Of a stretch of DNA of 64,000 bases, positions 44,148 through 55,900 are shown piece by piece. The notes beneath the pieces are model-generated. The model was not told where the DNA came from, did not search any database, and worked only from the letters and a program-made list of their open reading frames with translations. The position numbers were made by a program, and so were the translations under genes. Position 1 is the first letter of the stretch. Every line of letters begins with the position of its first letter. The stretch is from IMG/VR virus record IMGVR_UViG_3300047319_001136. The stretch is one strand, 5' to 3'. The stretch is from an uncultured virus (IMG/VR IMGVR_UViG_3300047319_001136). Lineage: Duplodnaviria > Heunggongvirae > Uroviricota > Caudoviricetes > Schitoviridae.

Positions 44148-46853
44148 ATGGGAATCTTCAGTAGCGCACCGACCACGTTTGTTTCCTCGGTCGTCTATAA
44201 CATGGCGGGGGATGTCAACAAGCGGCCTGACTTCCTGAAGTCCACCGTGGCCAGTGCAGTTATTGGAGGTTCCGATTCGATTGCCGATTCACTCCAGGCG
44301 GCCTACCTGGGCGGGCCGGGTGTCAAGTTCAAAACCTTTGCACACTGGGCAGACAGTTCCGGCTATACCAGCGTGGTGGGCATCACGCTTGGGCAGATCA
44401 CCACGGGTAACTCACTGGATACGACGGTACTTGCTGTGCAGATCCCGCACGATGCCGGCCTCACTGTGTCCGTGCAGACCGCGGATCTCGGCCCGGTCGA
44501 CAGCCGGTGGTGGGGCGCTGACTACATCAGCCAGCATCACCCGGAACTGTTCAGCACGGACTGGAACGCCAGCTACGACGGCACAACCGTCGTTATCACC
44601 TATGCCGATCAGACAACGGAGAGTTTTGTCCCGGTGGGGCTTGATATCAACGCCCGGTATATCTATGCAGCCTACCGGTTGACCTCGGGCGAATCGGATG
44701 GTGCCATCGTACCGGGTACACCGGTTCCCCTTGGTTCCGGCGAAGCCTTTCCTTCCATGGTGGGCTGGACACAGGATTCCCTGACCACGACGTTACAGCC
44801 CGTGGTACTCAATACCACGGTGCTGACTGAAACCAGTTACTCGGATGGCAGCACAGGTAGTTCGAGCACGACGAGCTCGCCGGCAGACAGTTCCTACATC
44901 GAGACACATGGTGTCTATGAAAAGACGGTGCACCACGGCATCGATCCGGCCAATACTTCCCGGACCTACTCGACCCGCTCGATCCAGTATCAGGACCAGA
45001 CCGGAGCCGTGCTGCCGGGTGTACCGGTAGTGACGACCCGGACGGACGACATGGGAGGGGGCGTTACCCGTACCACGCAGACGACTACCACGACGGATGT
45101 CATCGTACTGACCCGGACATGCCGCACGGATACGCAGGACATCACCAACAACACCTTCTCGCCCATGAAGGTCTTTATCTACGCGGATGGCTCGGGCAAT
45201 CCGGTTCTGGATGCGATGTTCAGTCCTCCAGTCGATATGGGCAAGTTCTTCCCCTACATTCCGGTACGGGTGGATAACCGGTTCATCTCGGCGACCTACC
45301 AGCCGGACGTGTATGCGGCGGCGAAGAAAGCCTACAGGAAGGCCATGGCCAGCAAGTTCGACGATCTGGTGGCCAAGATTGCGGACAATCCCTCGCTGGG
45401 TGATATCGACTACGCCTATGTCGTCTTTGGGGTATCGCTGAATGTGAAGGACCGGAAATGTAAAAAGTACATCTACACCTTCTTCCAGACGATCCTGGAC
45501 CTGCAGTCCCTGTCGCAGGGTTCCTACGCGGACTGGCAGGTGAAGTGGGCTGCGGCCAAGGCGTCCCATGTGGCTTACGCCCAGTGGCTTCAGGATAACT
45601 GGGGCACCGGATCGGACAATGTTTCCACCATGCCGGAAGTGATTCCCTATCCGGCATTGCCGCAGCAGTCGGTGAAGATCTTCTCGTCCGAAACGTCGAA
45701 CATGAACTTCAATATCTGGATGTTCTGGAATGGGATCGAGCAGACGTCCGGGGCGGGGATGAAGTCCGCTGACCACAAGGTGGGCGACCTGTGGTTCGAG
45801 ATTGGGGCACCGGATATCTATGAGGAAACCTATGCCGCAGTGGGCGATACCGGCGTGTCCCCCACCACGAATGCGTCGACTGTCACCCGGGTCACCCTGT
45901 ATTTCCAGCAGACAGCGAATAACTGGAAGGCGCTGACCATTCTCGGGCTGTGGCACCGGAACCTGATCTATGGTGGCTACTCGGTGGATATTTCCGCCGT
46001 GGAAGCCCTCAATGATACGGAGGAGTCCGGTTTCATTATTCCGCTACACGAGACGATCTATTCGGATACGTCACTGGCGGATGCGACCCAGATGGCCACA
46101 GCCTGCTCCTCGATCGTATTCAACTGCTATCAGGTCGTCAGAAAGAAGTGGTATCAGACGGCCATCTTCTCGATCGTGATGATCATCATCATTATCGTGA
46201 TCACGATTGTGACCTGGGGTCAGGGTACCGGACCTGCTGCCGCCTTCTATGCCTCGATTGGTGAGGCGGTTGGTCTGACAGGTACGGCGGCCATCATCGC
46301 TGGCATGGCCATCACGATGATCGCCTCAATGGTGCTGATGCAGATCATTGGTCGGGTGTCCAAGGCTCTCTTTGGTGACAGGATCGGAGCGATCGTCTCA
46401 ACGATTGCCACCGTCGTCGTCATGGTGGTGGGAGCCTACGAGATGGGTGGAGGTAACTGGACAACTGCACTGAATTCCCTGACGTCGCCCTCAGGCATCC
46501 TGCAGCTCACCAGTGCCATCACCAATGGTGCATCGCAGTATCTCGAGGCCCAAAGCAGTGATGTGATTAAACAGACCACGGACATGCTGAATCAGTACAA
46601 TGACAGCATGAGTCAGGTCTCTGACCTGTATGCGGAAAACATCGGTACCGGCCTGGGCCAGATTGACCCCCTGATGCTGACCGATTCTGCGGTGGGTTCC
46701 CTCCGGCAGTTGCCCACCCTGACGCTGGAACCGCCCAGCACCTTCCTGAACAGAACACTGATGACGGGTAGTGACATTGCGGAGCTCACCTCCACACTGA
46801 TCACGCAATACACCTCATTGACTCTGGATATGAACCAAAACCTTGTGACGTAA
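44148..46853 (+). CDS. virion protein with C-terminal TM segments (N4 gp53-like)
   Basis: VSSVVYNMAG, DIDYAYVVFGV and KKWYQT motifs plus hydrophobic helices; gene order. Confidence 0.8.
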   Translation: MGIFSSAPTTFVSSVVYNMAGDVNKRPDFLKSTVASAVIGGSDSIADSLQAAYLGGPGVKFKTFAHWADSSGYTSVVGITLGQITTGNSLDTTVLAVQIPHDAGLTVSVQTADLGPVDSRWWGADYISQHHPELFSTDWNASYDGTTVVITYADQTTESFVPVGLDINARYIYAAYRLTSGESDGAIVPGTPVPLGSGEAFPSMVGWTQDSLTTTLQPVVLNTTVLTETSYSDGSTGSSSTTSSPADSSYIETHGVYEKTVHHGIDPANTSRTYSTRSIQYQDQTGAVLPGVPVVTTRTDDMGGGVTRTTQTTTTTDVIVLTRTCRTDTQDITNNTFSPMKVFIYADGSGNPVLDAMFSPPVDMGKFFPYIPVRVDNRFISATYQPDVYAAAKKAYRKAMASKFDDLVAKIADNPSLGDIDYAYVVFGVSLNVKDRKCKKYIYTFFQTILDLQSLSQGSYADWQVKWAAAKASHVAYAQWLQDNWGTGSDNVSTMPEVIPYPALPQQSVKIFSSETSNMNFNIWMFWNGIEQTSGAGMKSADHKVGDLWFEIGAPDIYEETYAAVGDTGVSPTTNASTVTRVTLYFQQTANNWKALTILGLWHRNLIYGGYSVDISAVEALNDTEESGFIIPLHETIYSDTSLADATQMATACSSIVFNCYQVVRKKWYQTAIFSIVMIIIIIVITIVTWGQGTGPAAAFYASIGEAVGLTGTAAIIAGMAITMIASMVLMQIIGRVSKALFGDRIGAIVSTIATVVVMVVGAYEMGGGNWTTALNSLTSPSGILQLTSAITNGASQYLEAQSSDVIKQTTDMLNQYNDSMSQVSDLYAENIGTGLGQIDPLMLTDSAVGSLRQLPTLTLEPPSTFLNRTLMTGSDIAELTSTLITQYTSLTLDMNQNLVT

Positions 46854-46865
46854 GGAACCAGAGAA

Positions 46866-47405
46866 ATGGCCTATAACTTTTATGGTGGTGGCAATACGAT
46901 GACACCCGCGAACCAGTGGGGTGTTGGAAATGGTGTTGCGGCTGGGGTCAGTGGAGATGGCACTCCCAATACCTTCAACAGCAGTTCGTTTAACCTTGGT
47001 CAGAACGCACCTGTCGACTACAACTCGATGTCCTCCTGGGGCATGCCGAATACGTCGCTCAGCACACCTTCTGTTACAGGTGGCTTTGGCGGGTTTGCTT
47101 CTTCTACTGGTTCCAATGCTCCTGGCGGTATCTTTGGCAATACCGGTCTGGGGATGAACATTCCGACGCTACAGCTCGGCTTCCAGGGTCTGTCATCGCT
47201 GGCCAACCTGTATGGCGGCCTGAAGTCGCTCGGGCTCGCCCAGAACCAGTTCGACTTCCAGAAGCAGATGACACAGAAGAACTATGCCAACTCGGTGGCT
47301 TCCTACAATACGGCGCTGACTGACAAGGCCACCGCACGGGGCGTCACGGAGAACCAGAATCCGGGCCAGGTGCAGGGCTACATCAACGCCAACAAGCTCT
47401 CGTAA
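46866..47405 (+). CDS. ejection/structural protein (N4 gp52-like)
   Basis: Gly/Asn-rich; QFDFQK and SYNTAL motifs; gene order. Confidence 0.75.
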   Translation: MAYNFYGGGNTMTPANQWGVGNGVAAGVSGDGTPNTFNSSSFNLGQNAPVDYNSMSSWGMPNTSLSTPSVTGGFGGFASSTGSNAPGGIFGNTGLGMNIPTLQLGFQGLSSLANLYGGLKSLGLAQNQFDFQKQMTQKNYANSVASYNTALTDKATARGVTENQNPGQVQGYINANKLS

Positions 47406-47416
47406 GGAGGCAACTC

Positions 47417-49528
47417 ATGGCAGTGCTTACCTGGCGCAATGTTGATGCGCCCAGTGGTGACAGTGGTCTGAGCGGTGTACTTGCGGCAAGCCGCATGCTC
47501 GGCAATGCCGGCAGTGGTATCGCAGATGCCCTCGGCAACTATGGCACTGCGCAGACGACGCTGGCCAACAATGCCTTTGCGCAGGCTGCTTCCCAGTATC
47601 AGGATCCGAACGCGCTGAAGGCAGCGCTCGCCAGTGGTTCGCTTCTTGGTTCCCTGCAGGGCGTGGATCCTTCGAGGGTGAGTGCGTCGGCAATCGGGGC
47701 GCAGGATACCCGGGTGGGTAGCCTCATCAATGATGCAGCGACCCAGCAGACACTGGCCAAAAGCCAGTTCGATTTTGGCCAGCAGCAGAAGTCCCAGCAG
47801 CTGCTCGATGCGGCAACGCCGACCATCAATGCATTGCAGGTCGCTTCTGCCACGGGGGATCCACAGAAACTCGCCGCGGCGAATTCGGCTGCGGCCCAGG
47901 ATCCTGCTTACATGGCGCTGCGGGCAAGCCAGATGAATGGCGTGCTGACTGACACCCAGAAGCTCGCTGGCGGCCAGACGTCGAACGCGCAGTCGGCACT
48001 GGGTCTGCAGAAGGATTCCCAGGCCTACAAGGATTTCCAGGCTGGCCAGACAGCAGCGGTCGAGGCCATGAAGGACGGCACTCCGGAAGGCGCCCAGCGC
48101 ATTCTTAATGGCCGTACGGATCTGACGCCGGCTGCCCGCATGTCTGCGGCAACCATCCTTGGCCAGAATGGCATGGGCAACGCATTTGCTCCTGTCGGCT
48201 CGCCTGGTACCGGTACTCCCGGAACCGGCACGGGTGCCCCAGGTACTCCCGGGTCGGTAGGGGGCAATCCCTATTCGGCCATCCTTGGCTATGGCCAGTA
48301 TGGCAAGCCTCTGGATGCCAAGGGCGCTCCGATTGACATCACCACGATGAAGACGGGTGACGTCCAGGAGTTTGGCAAAACCCTGATTGACAAAACCCGC
48401 AACAATGCGGAGCTTGGCCTTGCTGGAACGGGTAAGGGCAGTTCAGCCATGGGTGCCTGGCAGATCACCAATGAGAACCGGGAGAAGTATGGTCCGCAAC
48501 TCTTTGGTGCGAACTGGAAAGACGTCCCGTATAACTCGGATACGCAGGACAAGTATGCCCAGGCGATCTATAACGATACCAAGGGCGGCAATCTTTCGGA
48601 TATCTGGACCTCGCTGAAGAAAGTGCCGGGTGCTGACAAGAAGGGTTTCTTCGCCAATGTGCCCTGGGAGCAGGCCAAGCAGCTCATTGCACCAGGGGAA
48701 TCGCAGGGCAACGCGTTCAATCTGCGCACCCAGCAGACCAACACGGCCAATACGGTTGGGGCGCTGATCGATGCGGCCAGCATGAAGAAGAACCAGAATG
48801 GGGCGAATACGATCGATCCCCAGCAATGGGCTTCCGCTACGGGTAACGATCCGAACAAGGCAGTTGCAGATCTGGCAAAAACGTTTCCGGGTACAGATCC
48901 GAACTTCCTGCTCAACAAGATGAAGACGATCCGTGACGAGTCAAACCGGATCGACCCTGCTACCAAAAAACCACTTGGCAATCAGGTGTCCTGGAATCAG
49001 GCGGCCCTCATTCTGCAGAACTCGATGGAAGGGAGCCAGGATGGCAAACTTCGGGACTGGTGGAATTCGAAAGGCTATCTGGGACCGGCAACCCGTACAG
49101 CGGATAACCGCCAGTTCGATAACAAGACAGCGCAGGATCTGCTTGACCGTTACCAGACAGGCGGCATGATCGGGGACCAGGTTAACAGTCAGATCTCGGA
49201 CCAGAATATCGAGGGTCTCAAGAACTTTCTTGCCACGACACAACAGGCCGATACGGCACTCCAGCAGGCCCAGCTGGCATCTGCCCGGGGTTCCCGTGGT
49301 GTCAGTGCGCAGACGCTGCTGGACCTGGCAGCTCAGGCCAAGCAGGCACACGATAACCTGGATGCAATGGTGAACCAGGTGAAGAATCCCGCTGCAGGCC
49401 AGCTGCCCAATGGCATCCCGGTGACGACACAGCTGTTGCAACAGGCGAAGAAAGCTGAACAGCAGAAGGCCCAGGTGCCGCCGAATATCAAGTATGCTCG
49501 CAAGGACAATCCGCTCAGTATGAACTGA
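47417..49528 (+). CDS. ejection protein (N4 gp51-like) with a central lysozyme-like domain
   Basis: LTWRNVDAP start; SSAMGAWQIT...QDKYA motif; precedes the vRNAP gene. Confidence 0.75.
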   Translation: MAVLTWRNVDAPSGDSGLSGVLAASRMLGNAGSGIADALGNYGTAQTTLANNAFAQAASQYQDPNALKAALASGSLLGSLQGVDPSRVSASAIGAQDTRVGSLINDAATQQTLAKSQFDFGQQQKSQQLLDAATPTINALQVASATGDPQKLAAANSAAAQDPAYMALRASQMNGVLTDTQKLAGGQTSNAQSALGLQKDSQAYKDFQAGQTAAVEAMKDGTPEGAQRILNGRTDLTPAARMSAATILGQNGMGNAFAPVGSPGTGTPGTGTGAPGTPGSVGGNPYSAILGYGQYGKPLDAKGAPIDITTMKTGDVQEFGKTLIDKTRNNAELGLAGTGKGSSAMGAWQITNENREKYGPQLFGANWKDVPYNSDTQDKYAQAIYNDTKGGNLSDIWTSLKKVPGADKKGFFANVPWEQAKQLIAPGESQGNAFNLRTQQTNTANTVGALIDAASMKKNQNGANTIDPQQWASATGNDPNKAVADLAKTFPGTDPNFLLNKMKTIRDESNRIDPATKKPLGNQVSWNQAALILQNSMEGSQDGKLRDWWNSKGYLGPATRTADNRQFDNKTAQDLLDRYQTGGMIGDQVNSQISDQNIEGLKNFLATTQQADTALQQAQLASARGSRGVSAQTLLDLAAQAKQAHDNLDAMVNQVKNPAAGQLPNGIPVTTQLLQQAKKAEQQKAQVPPNIKYARKDNPLSMN

Positions 49529-49534
49529 TGCAAC

Positions 49535-49565
49535 CGGGGGCCAGCAGGCAGACTGGCCCCTCTTT
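49535..49565 (+). terminator. probable terminator
   Basis: GGGGCCAG/CTGGCCCC stem followed by TCTTT. Confidence 0.6.
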
Positions 49566-49582
49566 ACCGGGGAGTAATACAT

Positions 49583-49801
49583 ATGGCAGAAGGCTTTCGC
49601 CGCATAGGCAAGATCATTGGATACGCAGGATGGCTGCCACTCATCATTGTTATTCTTGATGCGGTGGCACGGGTAACAGAGGGAGATACCTGGCCGCACA
49701 GCCTGCCCTTCAATCTGATGTGTGCCGCCTTCGTGATCGTTGTCACCAAGGGTATTGAATGGGTCATTACCGGCTTTGCGTCCCCAAAGCGCCAGGAGTG
49801 A
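49583..49801 (+). CDS. small two-TM membrane protein (72 aa)
   Basis: GGGGAG Shine-Dalgarno; two hydrophobic helices; flanked by terminators. Confidence 0.65.
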   Translation: MAEGFRRIGKIIGYAGWLPLIIVILDAVARVTEGDTWPHSLPFNLMCAAFVIVVTKGIEWVITGFASPKRQE

Positions 49802-49834
49802 CGTAAACTTCGAACTGCTCTCGACAACAGACGA

Positions 49835-49866
49835 GCCTCACCTCCTGAAAGGGGTGGGGCTTTTTT
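49835..49866 (+). terminator. rho-independent terminator
   Basis: GCCTCACCTC...GGGGTGGGGC followed by T6. Confidence 0.75.
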
Positions 49867-49934
49867 GTTTCTAAAGACCCCTGCACCAGGTATAGTTCAC
49901 CCCAAATATATCTCTTATTCCCGGGACTCCCTGA

Positions 49935-52900
49935 ATGGCAACTGCACAAGAAATCTTCGACCAGTATGTTGGAGGGCCAGCTGCTGCTGCTGCGACAGCT
50001 AATGCGCCTTCCCTGGTTTCCCCTGGTTCCCCCAATCCGGGCGGATCTGCTGTGGGCGCACAACCTACCAAACAGCAACAGGTCGTTTCTGCGGCCGACT
50101 CGAAGATCTCGGGTCTTGCCCAGATGGCCAATGCCAAGCAGATCGACCTGGCACAGCAGAATGGCTATGTGGGTGATGCAGCCCGGCTGGCGCTTGCTCC
50201 GTTAAATCAGGCACTTCAGGCAGCAGCGGGACAACCGGGTATGGTTCCGGCTGATGTGGCCTACAACGCTGCGCTCGCCCGCAAGACAGGTCAGGGGCTG
50301 AATTCCATGCCGTCGCAGCTTGAGGCGGATATGGCCTCGCTGCCGGTCTGGTCCCTCATTGACAAGTATGGCTACGACCAGGCCATGCAGATGATGCAGG
50401 CACGCCAGACAGCCCAGAACCAGATTGGATCCGATGCCCAGGCAGGCGGTCGTAGTCTGGCCTCGGCGACTGGAGATCTTGCGCTGGGTGTTTACTCAGG
50501 CGCAGCAAATTCCCTGGGTGGAATTGCGGCACTCGGTGCGGGTGCGGTTAACCGGAATGCTGGTACGGCGATTGCCCGGAATATTGAGACGTTCAACAAT
50601 GCCGTGGCGGATAACCAGTCGTCGGCGCTGGGTTCAGCCCATCGACTGAATGCCGCCACGAATGCGCTCGGCTACCGGGACAACGCTGTCCAGGCGGAGG
50701 GTTTTACTCCCGGTCTGCAGGGCATCGGCCGGGAAGTGCTCAACGCCGGTACGGCGATCAGTAATGCCGTCTCCGATCCGATGGTTGCATCCGATGGTCT
50801 CGCACAGGGTATTGGCTCGCTAGTCACAGCAGGTCCGATCGGCAAGGGGATTGGTCTTGGGGCAAAGGCGCTTCTTGGTGGTGCTGAACACCTGGGACTC
50901 CTAGGCGTTGGCCTGAAGGGCGAACAGATGGCGGCGAAACTCGCCCCTCTGGCTCACGATGTGGCCATGCCGGGCTCGATCGGTCTCACGGAAGCGGGCG
51001 GTGCCTACCAGCAGACGGCAGCCGACATCATGGGCAAGTCTGATGCGGATCTGCGCAAGGACTCACCCACGTATGTGGATCTGGTGGATAAGCAGGGCAT
51101 GAGCTCCGATCAGGCGAAGTCGGTTATCGCCAACCGGGCGGGTCTGTTTGCCGCGGCGGTGCAGGGACCGGCCGCCATGATGACGGGCAAGCTCGTCGAG
51201 CACTTCGAAGCCCATCCGTTCTCGGTGCCGTCACTGCGTGTAGCGGGCCAGAACATCCTCAAGGAAGGCCTCGAGGAGACGATCCAGTCGGGGACCGGCC
51301 AGCTTGCCCAGAACATGGGTACGCAGAAGTCAGGAGCCAATCCTAATCAGGATCTGCTGCAAGGTGTCGGTGAGCAGGCTGGCCTGGGTGGTCTCTATGG
51401 CATGGCCTCGGCCGGTGCGGTACAGGGTCCGGGTGCCGTGCTCTCGTCAGGAACCCGTGCCGCACTGAATATTGGTAGCGCTGCAATCCCTGCCCTCAAG
51501 GGTGCAGCGAATGTTGCGGGTGCCGTGGCAAAGCCGGTCATCGATCTGGCGGCAAAGCGGGGCGATGCGGTGGCTGCCGGCAATGAAGCGGCCTCACCGG
51601 TCAGTGACCAGCATGTGGCCCAGGCTGCGCAGGAAGCAACGGATAACCTGCCGGCTGCCATGCAGGCGGTCGATCAGGCAACCTCCGAGCAGGCTGCCCC
51701 AACGATGCCTGCACCGGACCGGGATGCAGTGCGCAACTATGCCCGCCAGATGGCCTCGGTCATGCAGTACGACCCGAATGAGCCCGCTGCCCGTGGCATG
51801 CCGCAGGCGGCCCAGGATGCGATTGCCGGCTCGACGAACCGGGTTGAAGCGATGCAGCGTATGGCCTCGTTCATCGCGGACCCGAAGCAGACGCTGGAAG
51901 ACAGGCTCGATATTGCCGGTGCACTGCAGGATGACCTGCAACAGGTCAAGCAGCTGGGCGAAAGCCGGCCTGATGTGCTCGATGCAATGGGACCGGATCA
52001 TCCGATCTCGCAGATGATGACCGATGTAAATGGTCTGCTTACCCACGTCACTGAACAGTCGCCGCTGCTGAAGAAGGCACAGACGGCGGCCCAGGATGTG
52101 GCGCAGAAGGTCACGGTACCGGAGATCACCGAGCAGTCGGCCGACACGCCCGAAGGCAAGAAGGACATCCAGACAGTAGCCAATGTGGCTTCGCTGGCTC
52201 CCGAGCGGGTAACACCGGAGCAGGCCGAGCTCGTCATGAAGATGCAGACGGCCGGCAGGGTGGATCTGTCGAATAACCAGAGCGCTGGTATCCGTTCGGC
52301 ACTCGCCATCCTGAAGGGTCGGCAGGACTACATCGACCAGCTCAAGGCCAACGGCCAGACGGCATCGAAGGACATCGTGGCCGAGCAGGTGTCGACAGCC
52401 AAGGAGTCCCCGGAAGGTCGGGAGTCGGCCGCCCAGCACATCCAGAATGTCCGCAATGCCTACGCATCGGGGAATACGGAAGGTGCCCGGACTGCCCTCA
52501 ATGACTTCGGCAAGTTTGCCCAGTCACAGCAGAACAAGGTCAGTGCGATCAATGGCCAGATTGAGGAGCACGGTGTGCGCTCGACCACGGCCAACTCCCG
52601 TCCGTACCAGTACATCTCGCCGGACAAGTCCGAGTGGCGTACTTCGGAGAAAGGTTTCGGTGTCACGCCGACTTCCCGTGCCTCGGTGGAGAATGCCCAG
52701 CATGTCGGCGCTGAAGCCCATGCGCTCACCGAGATACATAACTCGCTCGCCTCGGCCTATCCGGAGCTGAAGGTCAAGCCGTTGCAGCAGGTGGAGCTGC
52801 ATCCGTCGCTGACCGGTGACACGCCGGCGAAGGTGGCGCAGGAGTGGGCACAGGGCAAGCGCTCGGTAGGTACAGCTACTGCTACTGCTACTACTGCCAC

Positions 52901-55900
52901 TGAGACTGCTCCTGAGACAGCAAAAGCCAAACAGCCGGAGACGAAGCCTGCCGAGACACCCGTTGAAGGGAAGGGCAAGGAACCGGTTACTGCCGAGCCG
53001 ACTCCGGCAGTAGCTGAACCTGCAGTCAAGGAAACTGCTCAACCCGGGGAAGCAAAGTCTGCCGAACAGTCTGCTCCCGCCCCCACGAATGAAGGTACCC
53101 AGCCGCAAGCTGCTGAATCCAAAGTAGAGCCGGTTGTTGAACAGCCTGCCGAACCTGCTGCTGAACCAGTCAAGGAAAAGACAGGGCTGGCCGCGGTCTA
53201 TCCGGATCTGGTCGAGCCGGAGTCGGGTAACCAGTTCACCAGCGCCTTCAGCCTGCCGAAGGAAGCGAAGTCGAGCCTGGCGGCTGCTGAGACGCCTGTT
53301 GCACAGCTCAAGGAGTCGCTGTCCTCATCGGAGAACTTTGCCCGGGATGGCGGCAAGGGTTCTCCTGCCCGCCTGACGGAAGAAGTCAGCAAGGCGTACC
53401 GCACGATCCTGAACCTGGTCCCGGCCATGGTCAGTGAGATCAACGATCACCTGCAGGCGTTCCTCGCCAAGTCGAACCAGAAAGGTGACAAGGCAGGCCA
53501 GACCTACGCCGAGCGCTTCGCAGCCGGCGAAGACATCAACCGCTTCCGCAGTGGCAAGCTGATGAACCTGGCCGAAGAACAGCCGGATGGTTCGTTCAGG
53601 CTGAACCAGTCTCTGGCCGAGACGGCCGGTATTGCCGGTCTGCAGTGGCTGCTTTCATCCAATGGTTACGGCGGCGTCCTTGACGAATCCGATGTCAGGA
53701 GCGACTTCGGTTTTTCCGATGATGCCAATATTGATGAGGGTATCGTTACCCACCTGAACTCCGGTATTTCCCGGCTGGATGCCGTGTCTTCCCTGGCTCA
53801 GAAGATCCAGAACTACTGGGGTCTGGACGGTAACCGCAATGCACCGGATGGCTACGTCAAGGGCATTCCCGAAGCCATGGCCAAGGAAATCCTGCGCACG
53901 ATGCAGGACACCCAGGTCTCTGTCTTCAATGAAGATACGAACCAGTGGGAAAAGGCTCCGCTGCTGCGTGAGGAGACCATCCGTGTCAATACCCGGACGG
54001 GCGAGATCATCGAGCCGGGGCAGTCTGCCAAAGGGTTGCAGGTCAAGGATCTGCCGGTACTGATCCCCGCGAGAGCCAGGGAAACCAGCAAGTTGCAGCA
54101 GTTCCCGGATGCGATCGAGCGGGTGGTGTCGAAGGATCCTGCGCTTAATCACTATCTCGATGGTGAGCGCCCGCCTGTGGCGAAGACCCAGATGAGAAAT
54201 CCTCTCGTCGAGAACACGTCCGAGCAGAAGGACATGATTGCCAACGAGCAGGCAACACCCTTCAGGGTGAACCCCCGGATGGCGGATCTGTACCATGCAC
54301 TGGGACTCGACAGGCTGGTCGACATCTTTGGTCCGGGCCTCGTTGATGAAGAGAAGCTGAACGTCAATGATGCAACCTCGAAGCAGGGGCAGCGTCAGGC
54401 GATCGTCTCGGCCTTCAATACGTTCGAGGACACGCTGGCAGCGGTTCAGGCGCATGCCCAGGCGAAGGGCGGGCAACCTGAAGACGTGGAGATCCGCTAT
54501 GGCTACAACATGAGCCGGGTGTCCCGTCTGCAGATGCTGGGGCGTTTTAATCCCCAGGCCTCCAAACTCATGCGCGAAGTGGTGCTCCCCACGATGAGCA
54601 CGCTGAACCTGGGCAAGAACAAACACATGCAGGCCTTCATGCTCGGTGTCGGTCAGGCGATTGGTACGAAGGTGCACAACCTGCCCTACGCCATGATGCT
54701 GGAGAAGACGCTGGGTGACCTGAATGGCAGGTTCGCTCCGGCTGTGCAGGTGCTGCGTGAGTTCCAGCAGTCGGGCAGGATGAGCGAGGACATGGCGAAT
54801 ACGCTGAAGTCCTCCCTTGGCTCCGATCCGACTTTTGTGCAGCTGCATGGCCTGATGGAGTACGCCCGCTATCTGGATGCCGACAAGGCAGCGAAGAAGA
54901 CATTCCAGACGCAGCTCTATCTCGAAGCCGACGGCATGACCAATGGTCCGGTCAATGCAATGGCATTGCTCTCGCAGGGCCGCTTCACCCCTGCGTGGGT
55001 CAGGAACATGGCACGGGGTGGCCTGTGGTTTGGTGGTACGAAGGACCAGACCTCGACCGTCTACCGGCAGGGCGATCCGACCGATCTGTATAAGGCGATG
55101 ACCGACGACCTGCGCACCCGCATTGCCGAGATGCGCAAGACACTGGGGGATGGCCCCGTCAAGGAGCAGCAGAACCATCTGCTGAACCTGATGAACCTGA
55201 TGCTGGGTGACATGGTCAAGTTCGATGGCAAGGATACGGTCGATCTGGACCGTGGTATCGCCAAGAATCCGCTCACCATCACGATCTACGGCTCGGGTGC
55301 AATGGGCATTGCCGGCAAGCTCACCGGCATGCTGATGGAGAAGATCTACGCCCAGTTCTCCGATGCGCTGGCCAACGGCCGCAGCCCGAAGGAACTGTTC
55401 GGTACCGGTCCGGAAGCGCAGGCCAAGCTCAAGATATTCGGTGATGCGATCAATGCCCTGCGTGAGCAGGTCGTGAAAACGCAGGTGGACGGCAGCCGGA
55501 CCATCCAGGATTCAGGTGCTGAGCTCCAGACCGGCCAGAGCCTGAAGGACTGGACCTTCTCCGCGGATGAACTGAAGGCGATCCGCCAGAACATGCTGTC
55601 GCTCTTTGTCGAGCCGATGCGTGAGTCGATCCAGGAGGTGGTCGGACCCTCGCTCTTTGACTCGGCCGATCTCGTGCGCAAGGCCACACAGATCCCGTCG
55701 ATCATGCAGCAGTACGCGTACCAGCGTGCGGTTGAAGCGGCACTGGAAGCGAAGGCGAAGGATCCGGACTACAAGGCAGGGGACTACCTGAGCCAGAAGG
55801 AACAGGACCAGATCCTCGGCTCCGTGGCTCACCTGGCTCCTATCATCAAGGCACCGGGCCAGGCCTTCTATGTGGCAGGCTCCTACGATGCGAACATGAA

